From Octopus vulgaris (Eukaryota), in NCBI GenBank assembly GCA_951406725.2, contig OX597826.1, forward strand, positions 4,526,001 to 4,590,000: DNA of 64,000 nucleotides, in the 5' to 3' direction. The notes beneath the pieces were generated by a model. The model searched no databases and was not told the origin of the DNA. It saw only the letters and a program-made list of their open reading frames with translations. Position numbers and translations under genes: made by a program. This document shows positions 14,530-26,293 of this stretch, one piece after another; position 1 is the stretch's first letter, and each line of letters begins with the position of its first letter.

Positions 14530-15317
14530 AAGTGGTATTCAGCAAACCACTTAAATTTAAACAAATGTAAACCTTGTTGAGTTTGAAGTGTTCGGGGTAT
14601 TTATGAAACTTTAGATACTGACCAAAAACTGTAAACACTTAATTGATAAAACCAGTACTCCGCCTAACAGGATGGTGTTTTGAAGCTAGAAAGTGTTAGA
14701 TACTGTCTACCTCGAGAGTGTTCAAAATATTCAGTTTAGGAGACAAAAAATATATAATAAAAACATCTTTTAAATAGTGTTTGGTTAAACCGGATCAAAT
14801 TTTAAAGATTTTTTTTTTAGATATCTAAGAAGCAGGCTTGAGTTGGCGTGAATTTTAAAGATAGGAGATGTTTTAGTTTAAACGGAGCCCAGTCTTCCCC
14901 TGTGATCATGTTGTTCTTTAATCATTTGGAAAAATGTAGAAGTTAAATGCAGTATTGAATTATCAGGTTAGAACACATTAGTTCAATCTGTATTTCAATG
15001 TATGAGTGCTCGGCAGTACTCTTAGTTCTTGATTACTTCCGATTCTCCCTTAGTAATCAGGAATAGACACCAAATATTCTAAGAATGCTATCGACAATAT
15101 ACTGCTGACCTATTCAAGAGATTTATGTCTCTTCCGCTTCACGTGTTAAATCCTGAACTAAGCTCCGCCTCTCATGAGTCCCTTGAGCCTACTAGATGCA
15201 ATTACGTATATATTACACTGCAAACCAGTGAGATATAAATGCACATCTGACTAGCATAACTCTTCAGAAATATATCCAAACAGGAAATACAATTCTTTCT
15301 TCATTAGATACTTTATT

Positions 15318-15321
15318 TGCG

Positions 15322-15414
<93 letters not shown>

Positions 15415-15433
15415 GTGTGAGTGTGTGTGTGTG
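15318..15433. repeat. (GT)n microsatellite
   Basis: Direct inspection. Confidence 0.95.
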
Positions 15434-15494
15434 ATTTCCTATTCTTTGAATGATTTATGTTACACTAAGGAAAAGTAAGCTAACGAGTAGATGA

Positions 15495-15694
15495 TTTCCA
15501 TGACCTGCTTAAAAAAGTGAGCCAAAGTCCCTGTTCACGCACTACGGCCTTTAAAAGATCTGGTGGGGAAAATTACATTGGATAATATACTCTTCTACAC
15601 ACTACTAGAACAATAAATCACGAAATGGTCACGGCTGGAACACCTTTCACCATTAGTTCTCCTGGGCCAGGGATGACTTGGCGCCAAACAACAA
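15495..15694 (+). mobile_element. Old interspersed repeat (family D, probably a SINE 3' half)
   Basis: Degenerate relatives, mostly reverse-complemented, lie at about 1225-1290, 3405-3470, 3935-4095, 32445-32610 and 44615-44690. Shared words include GCTAGAAATAGYAGCCAAA and ATGGTCACRGCTGGAA. Confidence 0.55.
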
Positions 15695-15973
15695 TGTTAA
15701 ATCAAATGTTCGATATTGGAATACAAACATAAGCGCACGCAGCATACCAACACCCTCCTGCCACACATAGCAGCGAATCGTACACATTATAACACTGTAG
15801 CGTATTATGTAACCTGATGACGTTTCTTCTGTACTGTGGCTTGCATTCGATTCCATTACATCGTTCTCCACACACTGGCGTGCAGTGCAGATGTAAGCCG
15901 AAATGATCGTGGTGCTAAATAAAGTTTACAGTACACTCTGCCTTTCCTATCAATTATTTTACGTGTGTGTGTG

Positions 15974-16161
15974 TAGCCACTACACACATTTTTTTTCTCT
16001 CCTTGTTTCTCTCTTTGTTTCTTTCTGTGTTCCTTTCTGTGGAAGAGCGTAGGCTCGAAACGTAAAAGACTTTTTCAATTCCCGAGCGTTATGCTAATAC
16101 ATCTGTTTGTTGTTTTCTACACCACCTGTCTTCGTCTTTTGTTTTTCTCGTGAATTCTCCC

Positions 16162-16162
<1 letters not shown>
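15974..16162 (+). mobile_element. Penelope-like-element-derived repeat with a minimal hammerhead-like motif
   Basis: Similar to 43755-43905. Contains CTTT-CTGTGGA-A-GAGC-GTAG-GCTC-GAAAC-GTA-AAAG and ends in (TA)n. Confidence 0.65.
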
Positions 16163-16192
<30 letters not shown>

Positions 16193-16858
16193 TTAAATTA
16201 TTGTTTGATTAATCACGACTTTTGTCCTTTCATAATTAGTCTTAAATAAATGGCCGATTGAAGTATCTGCTTTGTGTATTCATAAGCTAACGAGAAAGTA
16301 CCAACCTACTCCTTAAAAAAAACTATTGGGATTCGTAGTATATCGTGGTTTAGACATTTACCTTGCAATCACGCGTTTGGTTTGTATCTCAATGCGCTGC
16401 ATCTGAGGCATGTACCATCTTCTGTGACATGGGGTTGACCAATAATTTGCGAAAAATTTGGTAAAAAGGGATATAACTGTATAGAAAGTTATAAGTTTAT
16501 CTACCAGTTTCTCTCTCTGATTATGCTTCTTTCGTTGTCTTTACGCTTGGTGAGGTAAAACAATTCTGGACCTCTGTCCATTTCCGAAGAATATAATTTA
16601 ATTTATTTTAATGATCTCACTTCATCGAATAACTACGTACAGGTCTAGAGTAAATAACTGAGGTCAATACAATCGACTAAAACCTCTTTAAGTTTGACGA
16701 TGATTGATGCCAATAAAATTGCAAAAACTATATTAAATTGTTAAAAGTGGTAGGCTTATATTTTAGATAAAAACGATACAGTTGACTCGGCACAAATATA
16801 ACTAATTTAGTATCAGTATCACCATCAAGTGAACTGAAACTGTCTAGGGCTGTATAGT

Positions 16859-16942
16859 ATTTTCTATCTAGGTACAAGGCCTGAAATATTGGAGCAGGGG
16901 GCTAGTCGATTAGATCGATACCAGTACACAACTGGTACTTAA
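16859..16942 (-). mobile_element. SINE family C, 3' tail fragment
   Basis: Matches the tails at 16948-17030 and 37799-37885. Confidence 0.85.
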
Positions 16943-16947
16943 TGTAT

Positions 16948-17315
16948 CTTTTCTACTCTAGGCACAAGGCCCAAAATTTTGGCGAAGGTGGTCAGTCGAT
17001 TAGATCGACCCCTGTTCGCAACTGGTACTTAATTTATCAACCTCGAAAGGATGAAAGGCAAAGTCAACCTCGGTGGAATTTGAACTCAGAATGTAAAGAC
17101 AGACGAAATATCTGTTTCTTTATTACGCACAAGGGGCTAAACATAGAGGGGACAAACAAGGACAGACAAACGGATTAAGTCGATTACATCGACCCCAGTG
17201 TGTAACTGGTACTTAATTTATTGACCCCGAAAGGATGAATGGCAAAGTCGACCTCGGTGGAATTTGAACTCAGAACGTAGCAGCGGACGAAATACGGCTA
17301 CGGATTTCGTCCGCC
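16948..17315 (-). mobile_element. SINE family C, dimeric (two cores, two different tails)
   Basis: The core GACCCCGAAAGGATGAAAGGCAAAGTCGACCTCGG..AATTTGAACTCAGAACGTA occurs twice (near 17040 and 17225), separated by the tail-2 sequence. Confidence 0.9.
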
Positions 17316-17733
17316 TCGCAATTTTAGTATATTCTAAACTTAAACTTTGTACTTTATTTCAAATTCATTACAGACCTATTACTAACTCGAAACAGAATTA
17401 TTCATAAAATGCAGGTGTATATTTTGATAGTAAGTGTAGAAGAAAAAATATATAGGATTCCCTCAAGCCTTAGTAGTTAATTAAATCTTATATGGCAAGA
17501 AAATATGATTTTAAACTTTCTTTAAAATAACTTTTCAGCTCATAACCAACTCCTTCAGAAAAGATGTTTATCTATAAAAGAGAAAACGCTGAAAAATACT
17601 AACTGCCTGGTAACAGCTGAACGCCAAACGTTTAGGTTCTAATTTTCTAATGTTTCCTTGTTTATCGATTAGTTTTTTTTTTCTCCTGCCTGTGTGTGCG
17701 CATGCGTGTGGTGTAGGGTGTGTGTATGTATGC

Positions 17734-17772
<39 letters not shown>

Positions 17773-17941
17773 GTTTGCTGTTGGTATTTATTTGTTTATT
17801 TAATTTATTTCTCTAAACTCAATAAACGGTGTTCAGGAGCAAATGTGGAATAGAAGCAAGGACGACAGATTTATGACCGAACAACATTAAGCCAAGGTAT
17901 AAATATTTAAAACTAAAAGAGTCAAAATGAATTAGGAAACA

Positions 17942-17978
<37 letters not shown>

Positions 17979-18470
17979 GTAATAATAATAATAATGATAA
18001 ACTCTGCGAAATAAACTAAAAGTGTAAATAAAATAAATTAAAGCTAGTAAGGTGTTTAACAGGAGGGTGGGGAAGACATGTGTGGTGGGTGGGAGAACGA
18101 GGTGATGGATGAAGAAAACAAGAGAAAAAGACAAGCGAGATGATAATTAAAAGGCAACCGCAGGAAAAATGAAGGGAATAAAAGATGGCCAGTTATTGAA
18201 TGGAGAAAACGTTTAAATCTTTGAACAAAAACCATAAAATGTTAATAAAACTTGTGGAAGAAGGTAAAATTAGAAAGAAGAGATAAAAAAGACAAAAAAA
18301 AGAAGCATTTGAGCTAAGACATTATAAATGAGGAACGAAAGGTGATAGATACTGATCAATAACAAGGAAAATATATGTATGCGCATATACATACATACAT
18401 ATATATATATATGTGTGTGTATATATATTTGAGACAGAGAGAGAGAGAGAGACTCGCAGGGTTACACACT

Positions 18471-18523
<53 letters not shown>

Positions 18524-19169
18524 ATGTATGTATGTATGTATGTATGTATATATATATATATATATATATGTATATGTATACATACATACATACATATGTA
18601 TGTAAGCCTGTGAGTCTCTCATATATATGTAAATATATATATATATGAGAGACTCAGGTTTACACACTCTTGTATATTTATGTATTACAGAAGTGTATAG
18701 TTGTGTGTATATATTTGGATTTACACGTGAGAGAAAGTGTTCCCAATGTATATATATCAGGTGTTAGTAAATACTTTATTGAAAGCTGAAACTTCTCTTT
18801 GACGCCACTCAGTTTTAGGATGTTATGCTCCTTAGTTGCTCTGAAGAGCAACAACCTGAAATTCAGGGTTGCAGTGTAACAAAGTGTCAGTTTGGCTTCG
18901 TATGTGCATGCGTTGTAATAAGTTTTTTTTTGTTTAAAAAGGAAACGAATAAAGTATTATGAGTTAAGGCAAAGAAATCTGTTCACAGATAGTGTTTGCA
19001 TTCGTGTATTTCAAAAATAACTCTTACAAAAGTAGTCAATTTACACACACGCACACAAACACACACATACACACACACACAGATATATGCATATATCGAA
19101 AAGATCAAACGTCTTTCCAGAGCCGTAGATACATACGGTTCTTGCATTCTGTGACTTATCTCTCTTCAT

Positions 19170-19308
19170 CGATTACTCATTTTTTGCCAGCTGAGTGGAC
19201 TGGACCAACGTGAAATGAAGTGTTTTGCTCAAGAACACAACTCGTTGCCTGGTCTAGGAATCGAAACCACAATTTTACAATCATGAGTCCAACACCCTAG
19301 TTACTAAA
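19170..19308 (-). mobile_element. SINE family A2, 5' half
   Basis: The reverse complement matches 35175-35310 (TTGTGTTCTTGAGCAAAACACTTCATTTCACGTTG..CCAGTCCACTCAGC). Confidence 0.85.
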
Positions 19309-19940
19309 ACAACATATATATGTTCGCGTGCGCACATGCACATATGTGTAAACACATATATACGATAAATTTTATAGATAGGTTTTTGTACAGAAGTATA
19401 CTGTCAAAATAATATTTATTATCAATAATGCATGTTTATTTCGATAATCTAGTATAGGCGAAACATCGTAGAGAACTGACACAATTTGGTTATAAATATA
19501 TAACTAGATAGTTATGTACATGCTGGATTTCGCTGGATTTATATATATGTATGTCGTGATGCTATTACACAATAAAACTAAATATATTTGCTGTAGTTAT
19601 GAAGTGGTCTGGTAAGATGCAGGTAATCCAATCCGGAGCGAAACACTGGTCGATTACCCTTGTCTCACTGAAAGTCATAAACTGACATACGATATCGTGG
19701 CCAAGCTTTAAGATTGCTTGTTTATGACTGTTGTTACTATGACACTCATACGTTTCACAAGGATCGAACGTAGGCCTACGGTTCCTTTTCTGGAGTTGTG
19801 TTTGATTTTTAATTAGTGAATCATTAGTATGTGCACGTTAGTAGTGTTAAATGTGTTGACTCCGTATGATTCTGCAGAATAATATCTAAGGCTTTTAACC
19901 AAGTAATTTAAGAACTAATAATGATATGAATATACAGACG

Positions 19941-19945
19941 ATATA

Positions 19946-20017
<72 letters not shown>

Positions 20018-20080
20018 GAGCGCCTATTAATATAATATAATTGTTCCATTGTTGTTGTTTTTTTGTTTCCCGTTTATAAA

Positions 20081-20142
<62 letters not shown>
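19941..20142. repeat. (TA)n and (TA)n(GT)n microsatellites
   Basis: Direct inspection. Confidence 0.9.
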
Positions 20143-20145
<3 letters not shown>

Positions 20146-21070
20146 GAGGAAAGGAGAGAGACAAGGCAGGCAAGCGGATAGGTAGAGACACAGACATCCA
20201 GATATATTGCTACACACCCAGAAGAATAATTAAGATCGAGATAGGTACGATTGGCAAATATGTCTGCGTGTGTAGGAGTTTATATATGTGGTTTCGCACG
20301 GTGCCCTCAAGTGGTGTGTAAATGCGTCGTCGTTTATATATATATATATATATAATTTATTCATTCTTATCTTCTGCTGTATTTTGTACGCACATTGAGT
20401 ATAGGTCTCTTAAGAGAGCAGGTGGAATAATTGATAGAGAAAGCAAAGGCATATAAGTGTGTACATCTGAGTGTATGTATGTAGATATATATATATATAT
20501 AACCACATAACACGCACATGTTCACATTTATGCCTACTTATTCAGAAACCGACATACAAAATCATAGATGAGAAAAACAACAAACGGCGCGACAACAACT
20601 ATAACAAAAACAAGAACAATAAACAACGAAATGGGGAACAGAAGCGCCATGGCTCATTAAATGTACATTTAGAGTGCGCGCGTGTATGTGGGTTCACGTG
20701 TGAGTGTGTTGACCGATGGTGGGTAGAGAACGAGAGAAAGTGGGGAGGGAGGGAGAGAGAGAGTTAGAGAAAGAGAAAGATGGAGAGAAAGGGTTAGAAA
20801 AAGAGGGAGAGAGGGGAAGCGAAAGTCTATAATGAATAGATAAAAATATAAAATATTTCTTTCCTAATATATATGGTCATTATAATATCATTATAGCGAT
20901 GTGATAAAGCAGTGACAAAGGGGACAAGAACAACACCAACATTAGTGGCAACATCACTAACATTAGTGGCAACAACACCATCGATAATAACACAATCAAC
21001 ATATCAACAAGGCAACACTAATGAAAATAATCAACAAAAGCACTATTGAAGTCCTTCAGATAATTTATTC

Positions 21071-21262
21071 TATTGGGTTGTCCGGAAAGTTCGTGCCGAT
21101 TTTTAAAGGAAAGAAAAAGGTCAATAAATACTTGCCATTACATCTTTAATCAACCAAATATGAATCATTTGGTTGTTAAGTGCGTCTCCATCTTTCTTTT
21201 AACTTGAAAATACCCTCTTCCCAGAATTGAGGTGGTTTCGTAGCAAACAATTCATCAATATA
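21071..21262 (-). mobile_element. mariner transposon 3' end (transposase C-terminus pseudogene plus TIR)
   Basis: Minus-strand translation YIDELFATKPPQFWEEGIFKLKERWRRT*QPNDSYLVD* is a typical mariner C-terminus. The end TATTGGGTTGTCCGGAAAGTTCGTGCCGATTT is mariner-TIR-like. Confidence 0.88.
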
Positions 21263-21264
21263 TA

Positions 21265-21623
21265 TAGAAAGCTACACCAATGCCAGAAGGTCCCAGCAAT
21301 GCCATCACGCTTCAGGACCAGTTACTGCAACAGCCTGGGTTTCAAGGGTCCACAGCTTTTTTATATTCTCCCAAAGAGCCTGAGGAACTTGCACAAAGTA
21401 GATGTAGGGGTTTTTTAATCAAAGCTGGACCTCTTCCTGTCAAGAGTTCCTGTCAAGAGTCCCAGATGAACCTACCTCACGGCAAGAGGTGCAAATGAGG
21501 GTAGCTATATCAAACTCCATTCTTCACCAAGTGCCACATATTAGAGGAGTCGCTTAGTAATAACCGTGTAGCAAAACGGCGGTGCATCAGCATGGCCGCA
21601 GCTCTGAGCTGAAACTAGAGAGA
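21265..21623 (+). mobile_element. 5'-truncated CR1-like LINE: ORF2 C-terminus and 3' UTR
   Basis: Reads RFRTSYCNSLGFKGPQLFYILPKSLRNLHKVDVGVF*SKLDLFLSRVP. After a 13-bp tandem duplication it continues DEPTSRQEVQMRVAISNSILHQ. This fits the 'GPRLFNxLP...FKxKLDxFL..PDEP...SNSL' end of CR1-group ORF2. Confidence 0.82.
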
Positions 21624-22044
21624 ATATATATATATATATTATAACAAGAATGCTAAGTGAGACTTTTGTTTTCTATGATGGTTGTGTATGATTTGAGTGA
21701 GAGTTTCAGATATCATTTCTAGCTGGCAGCAGAGATGGTACACGTTCCGTCGGTGAATTTTATATTTGCAATAGAGACAATGTTACGAAACATAAGTTGA
21801 TGAAAGTATTGGCAAGGAAATCTTACTTGGAAGTAAAAATGGACAAAAAGCCAGCAATGCTATATCTTTTCCTGTGATGTTATTGCATGACAAAAAATAA
21901 AAAGATACGACAGATTGATTCTTATGTACATATCACTCTATGTGTATGTCAGGAAGCAATTGATATTCATTGAAATCAAATGGTCAACCATTCATGATAT
22001 CCTGTATCCGTTCGTATTTACATATGCCATTCATGATGAATGTT

Positions 22045-22106
<62 letters not shown>

Positions 22107-22234
22107 GCATGCACATACACACACATACATACCTATGTACTGCTATACAAATACATATATGAATATACATACTCACCATGCAGGCATACATATGTACACA
22201 CACACATATATATGTGTGTGTGTGTGTGTGTGTG

Positions 22235-22266
<32 letters not shown>

Positions 22267-23133
22267 ATCGTCTTCTAAATGTTTTACGTTCTTGTCCCAT
22301 ATATATATATATATATATATACACACAGACACACACACAGAGGCAGATAGATAACGAATGATTCTGTGTGTGCGCAGGTGAGGGGTAGGTATTTGTTTAC
22401 GAATAATAAATAGCCCATTAGATACACACGAACATACAGACACGTGTTTGTGTGTGTGTGTGAGAGAGAGCGAGAGAGAGAGAATAAGAATGAAAGAGAG
22501 TGATGGGGGAGATTCCTTCGACACACTGTAATGTATGCATATACATTTTGGTGTTAGTGTATTTCGTTCCGAGTGTGTTTATGAATGCAAGTTTTAAGCA
22601 TATGCATCGTGTGTACGCGTGTGTACATTTGTATTGTAATGTCTGTGTGCGCACGAATGCGCTTGTACGTATGTGTGTGTGTGTGTGTGTGTGTGACCGC
22701 CATCTACGTGTTTCAGCTGATTAATTATACGAGCAATATGTGTCATTAAATCCAGAGTTAATGAGTCGAATCTAATGTACTACTGATAAGTGGCGTACAT
22801 ACTTGCAGTCACTGAGTAAGACACAGAGCAGAAAAGAAAGAGAAGCACATACACTCACATAAACCCACACACACGCATATACACACACACAGAGACACAC
22901 ACTCACATACACACTCACACACGTATAGACAGACGCACAAGTAAGGAGAAGGGTAAGGAAAGAAAGAGGTGGCGCGAGACAGGGTGCGGGGATGTGATTG
23001 TATAACGGAAGAGGTAGGGCGAAGTCGATGAAGTCAGGTCAGGGTTCATGTCAGCTGATGTCTCTGGATAGGAAACAGAGATAGATGCAGGGGTTGGGGA
23101 ATGACTTACATAGTCCAGAGACACGGTATTATC

Positions 23134-23179
<46 letters not shown>

Positions 23180-23366
23180 AATGTGGTTGTATGAAAGGAG
23201 AAACAGAAGTACTCGATGCTGAAGTCGAGTCTGGAATGTAAAAAATTGATCAGTCTTTAACAGAAAATATATTGTAACTCCGATTTTCGTATCAAAGTCA
23301 TCACTTAATTATTAAACAACAGAAAGCCTCTTGACGTTGACTGACAGCAATTGAATGTACGGACTA

Positions 23367-23577
23367 CAGTAACACCTCGATTATCGCGGGTGTTACGATC
23401 CAAAACGCCCCGCGATAGGTGAAAATCCGCGAAGAAGAAACAGTACTATACTGTATATCTTTTTAAAATTATTTTTATAATTTGTATATATTTATTTTAT
23501 TATAAATGCAAAACAGACACCACGGAGGAATCGATGTAAGCTTAAATAATAAACCGCGATATGGTGAAGGATAACTG
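23367..23577. mobile_element. pogo/Tigger-like MITE
   Basis: Left end TA|CAGTAACACCTCGATTATCGCGG; degenerate inverted right end CCGCGATATGGTGAAGGATAACTG; AT-rich interior. Confidence 0.7.
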
Positions 23578-24251
23578 CAGAGAGAGAGAGAGAGAGTGAG
23601 ACAGACAGAGAGATTGATTGGTTCCATAATCTAAACTAGAAAGATTTTTCTCGGCCTTGTGCCACGTGTTCACCTTGTTTGATTTGTCACAAACTCTCTA
23701 TATTCTTATTCCAGTCTTCCCTTCTGTACCTTGGGCAGGTACCACTGGTTTCATTACATATAATGCTGTCAAACTTCTTTCTAGCTCCCCTGTATACCCG
23801 AACCCTATCTTTCTGACCTTATCCAGAGAATTGCATGGGGTTCGCATAGTGGGGACATGTTATTCATTATCCTAAGTCTGCTATCGGTATGTTGATTTTC
23901 ATCTTGAGTGGCAAAGCTGAGTTCTTGCGAACAACATATTTCGATGCTATGGGTTTCATGTAATAGGAGCGGAGTGGAGGAGCTACGCTCTGTTGTTCAC
24001 AGTCTCTAAAACACACACACACACACTCACACACACACACACGCACACACACACATACATATGTATATATACATATATGTGTGTGTGTATATATATATGT
24101 GTATATATACGTTTATATATTTGTTTTGCAAGATTCTTGATGTGAAATCGTGTGTTGAAACAGATGTTGTTGCATTTAGGAATGGTCATTTTGCCAGTTT
24201 AGCCAAATAAAACACACACATATATATGATATATATATATATATGTGTGTG

Positions 24252-24301
<50 letters not shown>

Positions 24302-24423
24302 TATATGTATGTACAAAGTAAGATAGAGGTTATGAAGGTAACCCACTATGGGGTAATATCCGTAAGTTGATGATCGAAATAAATTTGTTCCTCCATTTTC
24401 TTATTTATATATGTATGTATATA

Positions 24424-24520
<97 letters not shown>

Positions 24521-24815
24521 TGGCATGCAAATCTTGGGATCATTATATTTGATTATGTTTTTATACTGTATAATATGAGAGAGATTTGTCTAGTATTTCT
24601 AGCATGCTGGTTTGCCATATAGAAATTTCGTTCTTGAAACTTGACTATCCCTACCGTAGTGTGGCGAGGTCAAAGCATACTCGGCTCGCTTTCAAACTCA
24701 ATACTTCCAAGATAGAAGCAAATCGTTCAGTCGCGAATATTGTGTCGTAGATACTAAAAAATGCTTAGCATATATCCTATTATATAACAGTCTTGTAAAT
24801 AATCATATCATATTT

Positions 24816-24937
24816 CTAACCATTTTGTATGTATATATGTATGATACTGGTATTTATGTCTTTTTTTCTTTCTTTTTGCAGGTAAGTACGCAGAAGCATT
24901 TCTGTCATCTTATTGCCAAAATTAAAATCAGGTAGGC
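24816..24937 (+). other. Candidate recursive splice site (ratchet point) with a 50-nt cryptic exon
   Basis: CTAAC branch-like motif at 24816-24820, no AG from 24791 to 24879, then TCTTTTTTTCTTTCTTTTTGCAG|GTAAGT (AG 24880-24881, GT 24882-24883). A second donor CAG|GTAGGC lies at 24931/24932. Confidence 0.65.
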
Positions 24938-25245
24938 TGATTTCTAACGTTTGAAATAACAGGAACAAAATAGCAGTGTTATTATTGTATATGTGTATGT
25001 GTGTCTATGTGCGTTGAAAGTAATAAAAAAAAAGCCAGCTTTGGCCTGTTTGATTCGATAGTTCTGTATCACTGCCCTTGTGTTTGTAATGCTTCCGTAC
25101 CCCTTAAGAATCTTATGAACTGTCGCATGCAAATTAACCCGAAATCCTCTTTAGAGTTTAAGGAGGATGATCCCAACAAAACTCTTATTTAAAGGATTTC
25201 AGTTAAAGATCAGAACGAAATTGTTAACACACAAACACACTCATG

Positions 25246-25279
<34 letters not shown>

Positions 25280-25514
25280 AACACACACACATATACACAC
25301 ACAATGTTTGTATCAGATTATTCAAGAAGAATTGTAGAAAAAAAAGTTGTGTCACATTTTTAAGATTTACATTTATAAATTTATTATTGCTATTTATTAT
25401 AAATATTTATGTTATACTTGTTCTCTATAACTGCTACGCTAACACTATACATTTCAATATTACAAACATTATAGCATGTTAAACATTATCACTACATAAT
25501 ATTGCATTATTAAT

Positions 25515-25620
25515 AGCCGGCGAAATGGCCGGATCTTTAGAATGATAGGTAGAAGGCGTCATTACTCGCAGCGATCTCACTTAAATTCCAGCCGTGGCTA
25601 TCTTTGCCTTTCATCATTTG
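25515..25620 (+). mobile_element. Decayed SINE family C-like head and core
   Basis: GCCGGCGAAATGGC...AAATTCCAGCCGTGGCTATCTTTGCCTTTCATC resembles the family C sense strand. Confidence 0.5.
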
Positions 25621-25904
25621 CTCTAATGATGACAACGTACTAGTCATGGGTGGTTGATTTTTAAAACAAGATGCTATTCTATATTTGATTCGGCTCTTTG
25701 TGTTCTTATTTCAAATCCCGCCAAAGTCAACATATTCGCTTGATACGCCTATAGTTTTAACATCACAATCTTTCAAGTTCGATGCCTTTAACGGACTCCT
25801 TGACACTTACAAACATTTGGCCAAGTTTCCACATTGAGTATCACTGACCAATCTCAGCGGCCTTGTAAAGGGTAATTGAGCCTTGACTTACCTTTTGATC
25901 AGAA

Positions 25905-26293
25905 TACTCTTTTACTTGTTTCAGTCATTTGACGGCGGCCATCCTGGAGCACCGCTTTTAGTCGAGCAAATTGAGTCCAGGACTTATTCTTTGTAAGCCT
26001 TGTACTTATTCTATCGGTCTCTTTTGTCGAGCCGCTAAGTTACGGCGACATAAACACACAAGCATCGGTTGTCAAGCGACGTTGGGGGACAAACACAGAC
26101 ACACAAACATACACACACACACATATATACATATATACGACGGGCTTCTTTCAGTTTTCGTCCGCCAAATCCACTCACAAGGATTTGGTCGACCCGAGCC
26201 TATAGAAGAAGACACTTGCCCAAGGTGCCAAGCAGTGGGACTGAACCCGGAACCGTGTGGTTGGTAATACAGCTACTTACCACACAGCCACTC
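25905..26293 (-). mobile_element. tRNA-derived SINE family B, near full length, with an internal (CA)/(TA) tract
   Basis: Minus-strand head GAGTGGCTGTGTGGTAAGTAGC...GGTTCAGTCCC (A and B boxes). Colinear with 47311-47717. Confidence 0.93.

Noticed and set aside
16948-17315. CRISPR-like repeat-spacer pattern
   Set aside because: The repeats are SINE cores in eukaryotic DNA, with no unique regular spacers or cas genes.
23232-23250. miR-1-like TGGAATGTAAA (also a miR-219-like TTGTCCAAACGC near 33849 and a miR-10-like ACCCTGTAG at 57041)
   Set aside because: Only partial matches; the 3' parts diverge and no precursor hairpin is evident.
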